From: an uncultured Acidobacteriota bacterium
Lineage (GTDB): Bacteria; Acidobacteriota; Thermoanaerobaculia; UBA5066
Length of the DNA stretch: 64,000 nucleotides
Assembly (NCBI GenBank): GCA_963779415.1
Contig: CAVZYA010000002.1
Location: 1,376,001 to 1,440,000 of the forward strand
Reading direction: 5' to 3'
How positions within the stretch are numbered: the stretch's first letter is position 1; each line of letters opens with the position of its first letter. This document shows, in pieces, positions 51,738 to 63,487 of the stretch. Position numbers and translations under genes: made by a program. Under the pieces are notes generated by a model, which saw nothing but the letters and a program-made list of their open reading frames with translations, did not search any database and was not told the origin of the DNA.

Positions 51738-52898
51738 ATGTCCACCGTCACCGCCCCCGCGACCGTCTCCGTCCCCCTCCTCGACCTGAAAAAGCAGTAC
51801 GCGTCGATCCGCGAGGAGGTGAAGCGGACCGCCGACGAGATCTTCGAGAGCCAGTACTTCATCCTCGGCCCGCGCGTCGAAGCCTTCGAGAAGGCCGTCG
51901 CCGCCTACGTCGGGACGAAGCACGCCGTCGGGATGTCCTCCGGGACCGACGCGCAGCTCGCCGCGATGATGGCCCTCCGGATCGGGCCGGGGGACGACGT
52001 CGTCACGTCGCCGTACACCTTCTTCTCCTCGGCCGGCGCCATCGCTCGGCTCGGCGCCCGCCCCGTCTTCTGCGACATCGACCCGGCCACCTTCAACGTC
52101 GACCCGGTGAAGCTCGCCCGGGCGATCACGCCGAAGACGAAGGCGATCCAGCCGATCCATCTCTACGGGCAGTCGGCCGACATGGACCCGATCCTCGACG
52201 TCGCGCGGAAGAAGGGGATCCCGGTCATCGAGGACGCGTGCCAGTCGCTCGGCGCGGCGTACCGGGGGAAGAAAGCGGGCTCGATGTCCGAGTTCGGCTG
52301 CTTCTCCTTCTTCCCGTCGAAGAACCTCGGGGCGTTCGGAGACGGCGGGATGGTGACGACGAACGACGACGCGACGGCCCAGACGCTCCGCGCCATGCGG
52401 ATGCACGGCGAGACGTCGCGCTACTACCACCGCTTCGTCGGCGGCAACTTCCGCCTCGACGCCTTCCAGGCCGCCATCCTCCACGTGAAGCTCCCGCACC
52501 TCGATGGCTGGGCCGAGGGACGGCGAAAGAACGCGAAGGAGATCGAGGCGCTCTACCTCGAGGCCGGCGGCCTTCCGTACGAGAAGGGGGGGCTTTCGTT
52601 CCCGCGCGAGGCGGCCGGCTGCTTCCACGTCTTCAACCAGTTCGTCGTCCGCGTCGGGAAGGGGCGCCGCGACGCCCTAAAGGAGCGGCTGACGGAGCGG
52701 CAGATCGGAAACGCCATTTACTACCCGCTGCCGCTCCACCTGCAGGAGTGCTTCGCGTACCTCGGAGGCAAGGTCGGGGACTTTCCGGAGTCCGAGAAGG
52801 CCGCCGCAGAGACGCTCGCGCTCCCGGTCTTCCCCGAGCTCTCGGCGGAGCAGAAGCGCTTCCTCGCCTTCACGCTCGCCGAGTTCTCGAGGAGCTGA
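51738..52898 (+). CDS. DegT/DnrJ/EryC1/StrS aminotransferase
   Basis: SSGTDA, IEDACQ, SFFPSKNLGAFGDGGM, NFRLD. Confidence 0.93.
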   Translation: MSTVTAPATVSVPLLDLKKQYASIREEVKRTADEIFESQYFILGPRVEAFEKAVAAYVGTKHAVGMSSGTDAQLAAMMALRIGPGDDVVTSPYTFFSSAGAIARLGARPVFCDIDPATFNVDPVKLARAITPKTKAIQPIHLYGQSADMDPILDVARKKGIPVIEDACQSLGAAYRGKKAGSMSEFGCFSFFPSKNLGAFGDGGMVTTNDDATAQTLRAMRMHGETSRYYHRFVGGNFRLDAFQAAILHVKLPHLDGWAEGRRKNAKEIEALYLEAGGLPYEKGGLSFPREAAGCFHVFNQFVVRVGKGRRDALKERLTERQIGNAIYYPLPLHLQECFAYLGGKVGDFPESEKAAAETLALPVFPELSAEQKRFLAFTLAEFSRS

Positions 52899-52912
52899 GA
52901 AGCCCCGGAAAT

Positions 52913-53428
52913 TCACTTCACCCGGGTGACGGTCACCTCGACCTGCGTCCGTTTCTTCGAGCCGACGTCGTCGACGCTGGCGAGGAGGACCGGCTTGCCG
53001 AGGGCCGGCCGCGTGGAGACGGCCTCGCTCAGCGTCCGGAGGATGGGAGTTCCCTTGGTCTCGGCCTGTTCCGGGATCGCGAAGCTGGAGACGTCGACGT
53101 CGGCCTCGAGGACCACGTCGCCCGGCTCCCGCTCGAAGACTCTCGAGCCGATCCGGAGACCGACGTCCTGGTACTGGACCCCCTTCTCGGCCGAGAGGAC
53201 GATCGGGACCCGGCTCCCGACGCGGAGATTGCCCGATCCCCCTTCGTTCACGACGAGCGTGTAGGAGCGCTCGTTCACGCGCTTTCCCCCCTCCAGTTCG
53301 TAGATCTGGAAGTCGAGCCGGAAGGCGGAGTGGGGGCGTTCTGCCCGGGCCGGAGCTTCCTGCGAGGCGGCGGGGAGGGCGAGGGCGAGAGAGGCGGCGA
53401 TCGCGGCGAGAAGTCTCTTGGTGTTCAT
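52913..53428 (-). CDS. Secreted hypothetical protein resembling a short secretin-like beta domain
   Basis: Signal peptide; GSRVPI...QYQDVGLRI pattern; ATGA overlap with upstream gene. Confidence 0.65.
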   Translation of the reverse strand: MNTKRLLAAIAASLALALPAASQEAPARAERPHSAFRLDFQIYELEGGKRVNERSYTLVVNEGGSGNLRVGSRVPIVLSAEKGVQYQDVGLRIGSRVFEREPGDVVLEADVDVSSFAIPEQAETKGTPILRTLSEAVSTRPALGKPVLLASVDDVGSKKRTQVEVTVTRVK

Positions 53429-53979
53429 CGGTTCTCCTTTGTTCCTTCTGTCTCTTCGGCGGGGGGATCGAGAAGGCCGAAGTGGTTCTGCATTTCGTCG
53501 AGCGGGGTCGAGGCGACGTAAGCGAGGAGGAGGCGGTCCTCTGCGCCGAGCGGCGAGGGGGTGGGAAAGACCTCCCGGACGGAAGGGGGGGAAGGCGGAC
53601 GCTTCCGCCGCGGCGTCTTCACCGCCGGGACGGCCGATTCGATGATTCGGGCCGGCCGTTCGGCTTCGGGTGCCGTCAGGCGCGTCACGACTCTTTCCGC
53701 GGCCGGGGCCGGGCGGGTCGTGGTGACACTCTCCGTCGCGGCGCGGGGGGGCTCGCTGCGAAAGAGGACGGAGCCTCCAACCGCGGTCAGAAGTGCGGCC
53801 GCCGCGAGAAGGATCCACGGCCAGCGCCGGACTTTCTCCTCGGGCAGGGGAGTCGTCTCCGGCTCTCTCCGCAGCCTTTCGAGAACGCGCTCTTCCAGCC
53901 CGGGCGCGGGCTCGCTCTCTGCCCACGCCTCGAGCCCTCTGTCGAGGAGATGGTCGAGGTCCGGACGTTTCTCAGACAC
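53425..53979 (-). CDS. Putative single-TM anti-sigma factor
   Basis: EPAPGLEERVL, TM helix, FPTPSPL; directly after the ECF sigma. Confidence 0.65.
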   Translation of the reverse strand: MSEKRPDLDHLLDRGLEAWAESEPAPGLEERVLERLRREPETTPLPEEKVRRWPWILLAAAALLTAVGGSVLFRSEPPRAATESVTTTRPAPAAERVVTRLTAPEAERPARIIESAVPAVKTPRRKRPPSPPSVREVFPTPSPLGAEDRLLLAYVASTPLDEMQNHFGLLDPPAEETEGTKENR

Positions 53980-53980
53980 G

Positions 53981-54636
53981 TTATCTTCCTCCCGCCTCGC
54001 GTTCGAGAGCTTCCCTGAGGAGCCCCCGGGCGCGACGGAGCCGCGTCCTGACGGTCCCCTCGGGGATGCCGAGGATCTCGCCGACCTCGAAGGAGGTGAG
54101 ATCCCCCGTCATCGAGAGCCGGAGAGTTGCGGCGAGGGCTTGAGGCAGGCTCGCGACGAGACGTTCCATCAGACGCCTCAATTCGGCTCTCTCGGCGAGT
54201 TCGTCCGCGCCCGCACCGGAGCTTCCGAAGCTCTCGCGCGACCGCCGCGTCGGGATCGTCCAGCGAGACCGGGACGAGGCGGGGACGCCGGTCGAGGGCG
54301 ACGCGCCAGGCGATTCGCGCGAGATACGTCTTCATGTCGCGTACGTCGGGGAGCCTTTCCCGAAACCGGAGGAGACGGAGGAAGACCTCCTGCGTGGCGT
54401 CCTCGGCGTCGCTCCGGTTCCGGAGGACCGAGAAAGGTGATCCGATAGACGAGCCGGGAGTGGAGCCGGACGGCTCTCTCGACATCGGCGTCGACTCCGT
54501 CGGGAACGGCTGCCATCTCCGCGGGTTCGATCTCGCGCGTCAAGACGGCCTGCCGAACCATCCCGGTCTCCCCGTCATGGGAGTGAAGACCGGTCTTGCC
54601 GTCCCAGCGTTCGCGCTCACTCGAAATGGCCATCAT
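53981..54636 (-). CDS. ECF RNA polymerase sigma factor, frameshifted
   Basis: DAEDATQEVFLR, YLARIAWR (region 2); EVGEILGIPEGTVRTRLRRAR (region 4); start uncertain. Confidence 0.85.
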
Positions 54637-54755
54637 TCCTGGACTGGAGACTTATACGGATGTGAGCGGCCCGGCAGCGATACGGCCTTGAGGGAGCTTT
54701 TCAGATTCTATAACTAATGCAATTCCAATACTTTCCGCGTAATCTTCGTGGAGTC

Positions 54756-54784
54756 TTGACAGATTTCGAGAAGGGGACTAATTT
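54756..54784 (+). promoter_or_regulatory. sigma70 promoter of groESL
   Basis: TTGACA (54756-54761), 17-nt spacer, TAATTT (54779-54784). Confidence 0.75.
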
Positions 54785-54786
54785 GG

Positions 54787-54813
54787 CTGGCACTCACCGC
54801 GAGCGACTGCTAA
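54787..54813 (+). promoter_or_regulatory. CIRCE element (HrcA operator)
   Basis: CTGGCACTC-N9-GACTGCTAA versus consensus TTAGCACTC-N9-GAGTGCTAA, upstream of groES. Confidence 0.88.
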
Positions 54814-54899
54814 CAGCAGGGAGCGCGCGGGGAAGACAACCGTATCAGAGCCCGCTGGCCGGCAAGGCCGGATCGATCAAACCCACGAAGGAGTCCGAA

Positions 54900-56846
<1,947 letters not shown>

Positions 56847-56878
56847 GTCGACGGACCCGAAACGATAAGGGTGTTCCC

Positions 56879-56912
56879 TCGGCCCGGCGGAGACGCCGGG
56901 CCGATTTCATTT
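56879..56912 (+). terminator. Intrinsic terminator after groEL
   Basis: TCGGCCCGGCG-GAGA-CGCCGGGCCGA followed by TTTCATTT. Confidence 0.8.
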
Positions 56913-56968
56913 CGGGTTCCAGATACGGTCCAGCACATACAGATACCCATAGGTGTAATATCTGGTGT

Positions 56969-57208
56969 ATGCGGACCAACATCGTTCTGAACGACGAGCT
57001 CGTTCGCGAGGCCATGAAAGTCTCGCGTGCGCGATCGAAGCGGGCCCTGGTCGAGGAGGCCCTGCGCACCTTCGTCGAGGTCCGGGCGGCCGAGGAGCGC
57101 TCCGCGACGTACCGGGAGAAGCTCCGGCGTCTCGGTCCCGCGCTGCGCGCGCTGAAGCTTCGCCAGCCTCCCCGGGAACTTCTGCGAGCCGACCGGGATC
57201 GGGCGTGA
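56969..57208 (+). CDS. vapB: VapB-type antitoxin (RHH)
   Basis: MRTNIVLNDELVREAM...SKRALVEEAL; GTGA overlap with the PIN gene. Confidence 0.88.
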   Translation: MRTNIVLNDELVREAMKVSRARSKRALVEEALRTFVEVRAAEERSATYREKLRRLGPALRALKLRQPPRELLRADRDRA

Positions 57209-57621
57209 GAACCTTCGTCCTCGACACGAGCGTTGCCGTAGCCTGGTACCTGCCCGAGAGCTTTTCCGCCGGCGCCCGGTGCTTCCAGACGCACCTTCTC
57301 GAAGGGCGGATCCGCTTCGTCGTCCCGTCGTTGCACTACTGGGAGATGGCGAACGTCCTCCGGACTTACGTGAAGCGCCACGAGATCGAGCCCACCCTCG
57401 CCCGCGACATCTACGCCCTCCACCTCGACGCTCCGATCGAGACGGATGAGCCCCCGCGAACCGACGTGCTGGCCGCAGCGCTCGAGTTCGACGCGACCGC
57501 CTACGACGCCGTCTTCATCGCACTGGCGCGAGCTCTCGACGTACCGCTCCTGACCGCGGAGCGGAGGACGACTCCGTGGGTCGTCCGGCTCGGAAAGCGA
57601 GTCGAGGTCGTCTCGGGCTGA
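57205..57621 (+). CDS. vapC: VapC PIN-domain toxin
   Basis: VLDTSVAVAW, EMANVL, YDAVFIALA, LLTAE. Confidence 0.9.
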   Translation: MRTFVLDTSVAVAWYLPESFSAGARCFQTHLLEGRIRFVVPSLHYWEMANVLRTYVKRHEIEPTLARDIYALHLDAPIETDEPPRTDVLAAALEFDATAYDAVFIALARALDVPLLTAERRTTPWVVRLGKRVEVVSG

Positions 57622-57654
57622 CAGGTTCTTCGGACCGTCCCGGAGCTTCTTCTT

Positions 57655-58218
57655 TCAGGACGTCTCGCTCCGAAGAAGCTCTTCGATCTTCGCGGCGGCC
57701 TCCGCGAGGTCAGCGACGACGAAGTCGGGCCCAGCGCCTTCGGGAAAGGCCTGCTTTTCGCCGTAGCCGGTCCTCACGAGAAACGTCGTCGCCCCGACGT
57801 TCCTGCCCGCGTCGACGTCGTCCTTCTTGTCTCCGACGAAGAACGACCGCCAGAGATCGCCGCCGTGATCGGCGGCTGCGCGGTCGAGAAGGGTCCTCTG
57901 CGGTTTGCGGCAGGCGCAGCCGTCCTCCGGTGCGTGCGGGCAGTAGTAGAGCCCGTCGAGGGCGGCCCCCTCGGCAGCGAGAAGCTCGCCGAGCCGCGCA
58001 TTGACGCGCGCGACGTCCTCGTGCGTGAGATACCCGCGCCCGATCCCCGACTGGTTCGAGATGACCGCCACGCGAAGCCCAAGCGCCCGGAGCCGGTGGA
58101 TGGCGGCTGCCGCTCCGGGAATCAGCTCCACGTCGTCGGGATCCTTCGGGAACCCCTTCTCGACCATGATCGTCCCATCGCGGTCGAGAAGGAGGAGTCG
58201 ATGGTGGAGAGCGTGCAT
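57655..58218 (-). CDS. gmhB: D-glycero-D-manno-heptose 1,7-bisphosphate phosphatase (HAD IIIA)
   Basis: LDRDGT, SNQSGIGRG, YCPH..CACRKP, VGDK. Confidence 0.9.
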   Translation of the reverse strand: MHALHHRLLLLDRDGTIMVEKGFPKDPDDVELIPGAAAAIHRLRALGLRVAVISNQSGIGRGYLTHEDVARVNARLGELLAAEGAALDGLYYCPHAPEDGCACRKPQRTLLDRAAADHGGDLWRSFFVGDKKDDVDAGRNVGATTFLVRTGYGEKQAFPEGAGPDFVVADLAEAAAKIEELLRSETS

Positions 58219-58291
58219 CGGAGGCTCGCGACATCTTAGCGGCCGTGTCCCGCCTGCGCCCGCGTGCCGCTCTCCCGTAGAATCGACTGGC

Positions 58292-59957
58292 TTGAGCGAG
58301 AGCGAAGTGCCCCGGTCCCGGCCGAATCCGATCGGGGTAGCGGGCGCTCTCGTCGCGGTGCTGGTGCCGCTCGTTCTCGTCGGGTACCTCGGGGCGGGCT
58401 CAGCTTCCCTATGGCTGGATGAGATCACGTACTACCGGCTTCAGGGCGATTTCGCTTTCCGCGCCGCCGAGATCGGCCGCTCGGGATCGGTGATCGCCCC
58501 GTTTTTCGCCAATTTCTTCTTCTGCGACCTCCAGAGGGCCTTTCAGGCTCCGATCGTCGCCCTCGGCCTGATCGATCCTCTGGAACACCCGGAGTGGCTC
58601 GTCCGCGCGCTCCCGATCGTGGCGTATGCGGCAACCTCGCTCCTGATCGTTCTCTGGCGGGTCCGGCGGGAAGGCGACACGGCGACCGCTCTGCTCGGCG
58701 GTCTTCTCTTCGCCGCAGCCCCGATCTGTCTCTTCTATGCGTTCGAGGGGCGCGTCTATGCGCTCGTCTCGCTACTGGCCGTCGCGCTTCTCATGCTTCT
58801 CGAGCGGGCCTCCCGGTCCGGGGGTGCCGGAAGCCTCCTGCTCGTCGCCGCGCTGAGCGTCTTCGTGGCTCGCCTCCACCTCTGGACGGTCTGCCTCTTC
58901 GCGTCTCTCCTCGTATGGGGAGTCGTCGAGGCCATTCGCCGCGCGCCGGGCCACATCGCCCGTCCGGGCCGTGCTCGCTTCGAGCCTCGCCGGCCTCGGC
59001 GCGGTCGGTCTCGAGTATCTCTACATGAGGGCGACGCAGCCGGCCGACCCGCTCTTCCGCCTCTTCGCGAGGCAGCCCCTCGGCTGGACGCTCGAGCAGA
59101 CGGTCCTCTCGATCTTCTCGGGGCCCGGGCAGGTGCAGCACGCCTTCGCGGGGATGCAGGCGCTCCTCTTCGTCCTCCTGTGCATCGTCCTCCTCGCCGT
59201 CCTCGTCGTGACGACCATCCGGGCCCCTAGGTCCGGGGAGACGTTCGGGGCGCCGGACGCCGCGGCCGTGGCTGCCGGAGCGCTCGCCCTTTCGGTGGCT
59301 CTCGCCGTCGGGTTCGGGTACTTCGTCCACGGGCGCTACCAGGTCCCCCTCGTCGCGACCCTCTTCTACGCGGTGGCGCGGGGTCTCACGACGCGGCGGG
59401 AACGGCTTCTCGCTCTCCTCCTCGTCACGGCGGAGATCGTCCTCCTGCCCCAGACGGCATCGGCTATCCGGGCCAAGTCGAACAACCGAGAGATCGCCGA
59501 CCTCGTCCTTTCGAAGAGCGACCGGTCGTCGACGGCCGTGATCGTGCAGAACGGCGTGATCTCGGGCTATCCCGCGCCCCACCATGTGATCGGGCTGGAC
59601 TTCTACCTGAACGACCTTCATCCGAAAGAGGCGCCGATCCCGATCTACGAGCTCCCGGACCTTCGGTCGACGAACGGGGAGCACGGGACGTACCGGTACT
59701 TCAACGGCGGGGAGGCCTTGCTCGCGCGGACTCTCGAGAGTCCCGTTGCGCGGTATCGCACCTGGGCGGTCGGCGAGGATCGGCCCGACGTCTGGGTCGT
59801 CCATCCCCTCTGGCCCGTCATCCCGTCCGAGCAGCAGATCGCGGACCTGCTCGGCATCCTGACGCGGGAGTCGGGCTTTCGGATCGCCGGACGCTTCATG
59901 GCTCCCGGCTATCCGCGATCCGAAGTCGTGCATCTCGTCCGCACCTCGGGCCGCTAA
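58292..59957 (+). CDS. GT-C/PMT-like membrane glycosyltransferase, paralog 1; frameshifted near 58945
   Basis: SLWLDEITYY, YAFEGRVYAL, many TMs, soluble C-domain LDFYLN. Confidence 0.7.
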
Positions 59958-59973
59958 GATCGGGTCGTACGGG

Positions 59974-61633
59974 ATGCCCGGAATCCGCTCTATTCGCCTT
60001 CGCGCGGTGGCGCTGGAGTTCCTTACCGTCGCCGCGCTCCTTGCGCCTCTTGTCGTCTGTTTCTGGAGCGGCCTTTCCCGCGCCTCTCTCTGGCTCGACG
60101 AGATCACCTATTACTACGGCGAGGGCGACGTGGCGCTCAGGGCCGCCGAGCTGGGGCGCCCCGGTTCGATCATCGCGCCCCACCTCAGCACGTTCTCTTA
60201 CTGTGACGTCCAGGAGTTGCTGCACTGGGCCTTCGGACTCATGGGATGGACCGTCTACCGGGAGCCGGAGCTCTACCTCCGGATCTTCTCGATCGTTTCG
60301 TACGCGGTGGCCGTGGTCGTCCTGTACGTGTTCTTAAGGCGGCGCCTGTCACACCGTGGCGACGCGATTCTCGGCGCCGCCGCTTTCGCCACGACTCCCA
60401 TCTTTCTTCACTACGCTTTCGAGGCGCGGGTCTACGCGATGGCGACGATGCTGGTCGTCCTCACCGTGGTCGCCGTCGACCGGGCGGCCGAGAGGCCATC
60501 CCGCCCCAGGCTTGCGCTCGCGGCGCTCCTGGGCCTCGTCACCGTCCACGCGCACATCTGGACGGTCTGCCTTTTCGGCGCGCTTGCTGCTGGTTGCGGC
60601 GTACCGGCTCTGGAGGACGCGCCGGCTCACGCCCTGGGCCGCATCGGCCCTGGCGGCTGCGATCCCGGCTCTCGTCCTCGCCGGCGCCCAGGTCCTGTAC
60701 TTTCGCCTGACGGATCCGGGCGCGCCGCTCTTCCCCCCTTTCCAGCGCCAGGAGCCCGTGAACACGCTCGTTCAGCTCGTCCTGTCGAATTTCCTGGGAG
60801 TCATGCAGACGCAGTACCTCGTCCGCGGGACCGGGAGCGGGTACCTGCTCGCCTGCGTCGGAGGCGCGGCGCTTCTCGCCGTGGCGTGGCTTTCGGCCCG
60901 CGAGCTCGCGAGGAGACGGGGGACGGGAAGGAAGGAGGCCGACTGGACGAACGTCGCCGTCGGCGCGCTTTTCTTCTGCTGGCTTCTCGCTGTCGGATAC
61001 GGCTATTACACCCAGGCCCGCTATCACGTCCCTCTGATGGGCGCTTTCTTCCTCGCGGTGACGCGCTTCCCGTCGAAGGTCAAGAGGCTACTACTCTCCC
61101 TCATGCTGGTCTGCAACGTGGGCCTCTTCCCGGCGACCGTCGATGTGATCGGCTACAAAGGGAACGGACGCCAGATGGCCGACTTCATACTGAAGGAGGG
61201 GAGCCGGGATGTTTCCGTCGTCTGCCAGCACATTCTCAGCGGGGTCTACCCGCTGCCCGTGGAGTCGGTCAGCCTCGACTTCTACCTGAATTTTCTCCAT
61301 CCCGGCGAGAAGCCGATTCTCCTTTATCAGATGCCCGATCTGACCGTCGTCAACGGCCGCCGAGGTGTCTACGATCTGTTCACGGGAGGCCTGCCCTTAC
61401 TGCGGCAGTACGCCAGGTCGATGCCGGAACTCTGGCGGAAGGAGCGGGCCCGGCTGGGGGACCATGTCTTCGTCGTCCAGGAGCTGTGGAACATAGAGGA
61501 GGGAAATCGGCAGAGCCAGGATTTCGCCCGCGTGATGCTGGAGCGGGCGGACTGGGAGGTGGCCGGGAAATGCTACTTTCCGGGCTTCACCCGGGCGCTT
61601 ATCGTTGAGCTCCGGAAGAAGGCGGGTACCTGA
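59974..61633 (+). CDS. GT-C/PMT-like membrane glycosyltransferase, paralog 2; frameshifted near 60580
   Basis: SLWLDEITYY, YAFEARVYAM, LDFYLN; collinear with paralog 1. Confidence 0.7.
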
Positions 61634-61643
61634 CGGCGGGCGA

Positions 61644-62531
61644 TCAGCGGATCCGGATTGCGTGGATACGGTGATGCGCGAGAAGGGACGCGACGGCGCG
61701 AAACCGGCTCCCTTCGAGGTTTGGGTGTCGCTGGAGGGCCGGCTCCAGCTCCGAGGCCCATCCGTCGCCGCCGAAGAAGGGGAAGCGGCCCGGTCCGTAG
61801 AGGAATGGCTCGACCGCGCCGGTGATGGGTGGCGCCGCCGGTCCGCGTCGGAAGCGCCGGCCGAAGGGGAGACGGCTGAGCGTTCCCGTCAGGAGGGTCT
61901 CGCCCGTCTCGACGAAGAGGTCGGGCCACCACGGGCAGTCGACATACGCGTCGGTCACGATCGATCCGTAGCGCCGGAGCTCCGGCTCGAGGAGTCTGGG
62001 CCTCGTCGCAGGGTGGTCGAAGAGTTCCATCGGGCGCGGGCCGGGCTGGACGAGCCGTAGTGTCTTCCGAACGAAGACGCCGTACGACGCCGGGTGCGTC
62101 ACCGACACCCAGAGCTGCTTGCTCGCGCGCCGGACTGCCTCGGCGAGGTAGGCCTTCCAGTCACGGACCGACGGGAGGGCGTTGTACGTGAGGACCACGT
62201 CGAACGTCTGGTCCGGCCAGCCCGCCGAGACTCGGGCGTCGAGCCGGTCTTCCACGCCCACCGTCCGGTAGACGCCGCGGACGACCTCGGCGGCCTCCGC
62301 GTCGGGAACAACGACGGTGACGCGGGCGCCCCTCATGGCGGCCGGCAGGAGGTGGAGGCCCGGGATTCCGGCCATCCCGTCAACCGGCCCTTCGAGTGCC
62401 GTCGCGACGTCGAGGGTCGCGAGCCACGCCTTCAGGAGCTCATAGACGGCCCACCGCTCATACGCCGTGCCGAGGCCGACGTCGCGGCGGGCTGGCGGCG
62501 GGAGCGGGACGACGCCGTCGCTTCGGGTCAT
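61644..62531 (-). CDS. Hypothetical protein, possibly class I SAM-methyltransferase-like fold
   Basis: LEGPVDG, FDVVLTYNAL, YLAEAVR; ATGA overlap with the epimerase. Confidence 0.6.
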   Translation of the reverse strand: MTRSDGVVPLPPPARRDVGLGTAYERWAVYELLKAWLATLDVATALEGPVDGMAGIPGLHLLPAAMRGARVTVVVPDAEAAEVVRGVYRTVGVEDRLDARVSAGWPDQTFDVVLTYNALPSVRDWKAYLAEAVRRASKQLWVSVTHPASYGVFVRKTLRLVQPGPRPMELFDHPATRPRLLEPELRRYGSIVTDAYVDCPWWPDLFVETGETLLTGTLSRLPFGRRFRRGPAAPPITGAVEPFLYGPGRFPFFGGDGWASELEPALQRHPNLEGSRFRAVASLLAHHRIHAIRIR

Positions 62532-63487
62532 CTGGCCGATTCCTCGAGAGCGGCCGCCGTCTTCCTGAGGCCCCCCTCGTATGAAGTTGGCGGCTCCCAT
62601 CCAAGAAGGGCGCGCATCCGGTCGATCCGGTAAGCACGGTCCACGGTGACAGTCTGCAGCTTCTCGCGCGTGACGGGAGGCTCGCCCGATCGAAACCGGA
62701 AGCCAAACGCCCCGATCGTCTCGAAGACCAGTCCGGCGGTCAGAGCAACAGGGACTGGAACGCGGAGGGGCGGGACAGGCCGGTCGGCAATGTCGCCGAC
62801 GAGCGTCGAGAGCCGGCGGATCGTGATCGGATCGCGGTACGTGCAGATGAACTCCGCCCCTTCGAGATCCGGGCGGAGTGCCGCTTCGGCGATCGCGAAG
62901 GCGAGATCCTCCACGTAGACGAGCTGGACGCGGCTCGCGCCGCTGCCCGACGACGGGTATTTCCCCGCCTTCACGAGACGGAAGAGCTTGTCGATCATTC
63001 CGTTCGTGTCCCCCGGTCCGTACGTGATCGACGGGCGGACGATGGCGTACGGCAGTCCGGACGTCCGGACCATCTGCTCCGTCGCGACCTTGCTCCACCC
63101 GTACGGGCCCACGGGCGCAAAGGGGCAGGTCTCGTCGATCGGCAGCCCCTTCGGCCAGCCGAAGACGGCGATGGAAGAGACGTCCACGAAACGTCCGGTC
63201 CGGCCTCGCGCTCCCGCGAGCAGACGCTCCGTCAGCGCAATGTTCTGTCGCCCGTACTCTTCAGGCGGAACTCCGTGTCTGTGACGGACGGCCGCCGCAT
63301 GAACGAGTGCGGCAGACGGTTCACCTCGCCGCTCCCACTCGTCGAAGGTCCGCCACATGACACCGGGTATCTGCGCCGGAGCGGAGGGCCGGCGGTGGAG
63401 TGCCACCACCGGGACGCCCCGCCGCGCCAGCTCGCGCGCCACGTGCTCCCCGATGAATCCGGTTGCCCCGGTGACGACGACGGTCAT
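62528..63487 (-). CDS. NAD-dependent epimerase/dehydratase (extended SDR)
   Basis: VTGATGFIG, SSIAVFG, YGWSK, YGPGD. Confidence 0.92.
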   Translation of the reverse strand: MTVVVTGATGFIGEHVARELARRGVPVVALHRRPSAPAQIPGVMWRTFDEWERRGEPSAALVHAAAVRHRHGVPPEEYGRQNIALTERLLAGARGRTGRFVDVSSIAVFGWPKGLPIDETCPFAPVGPYGWSKVATEQMVRTSGLPYAIVRPSITYGPGDTNGMIDKLFRLVKAGKYPSSGSGASRVQLVYVEDLAFAIAEAALRPDLEGAEFICTYRDPITIRRLSTLVGDIADRPVPPLRVPVPVALTAGLVFETIGAFGFRFRSGEPPVTREKLQTVTVDRAYRIDRMRALLGWEPPTSYEGGLRKTAAALEESAR

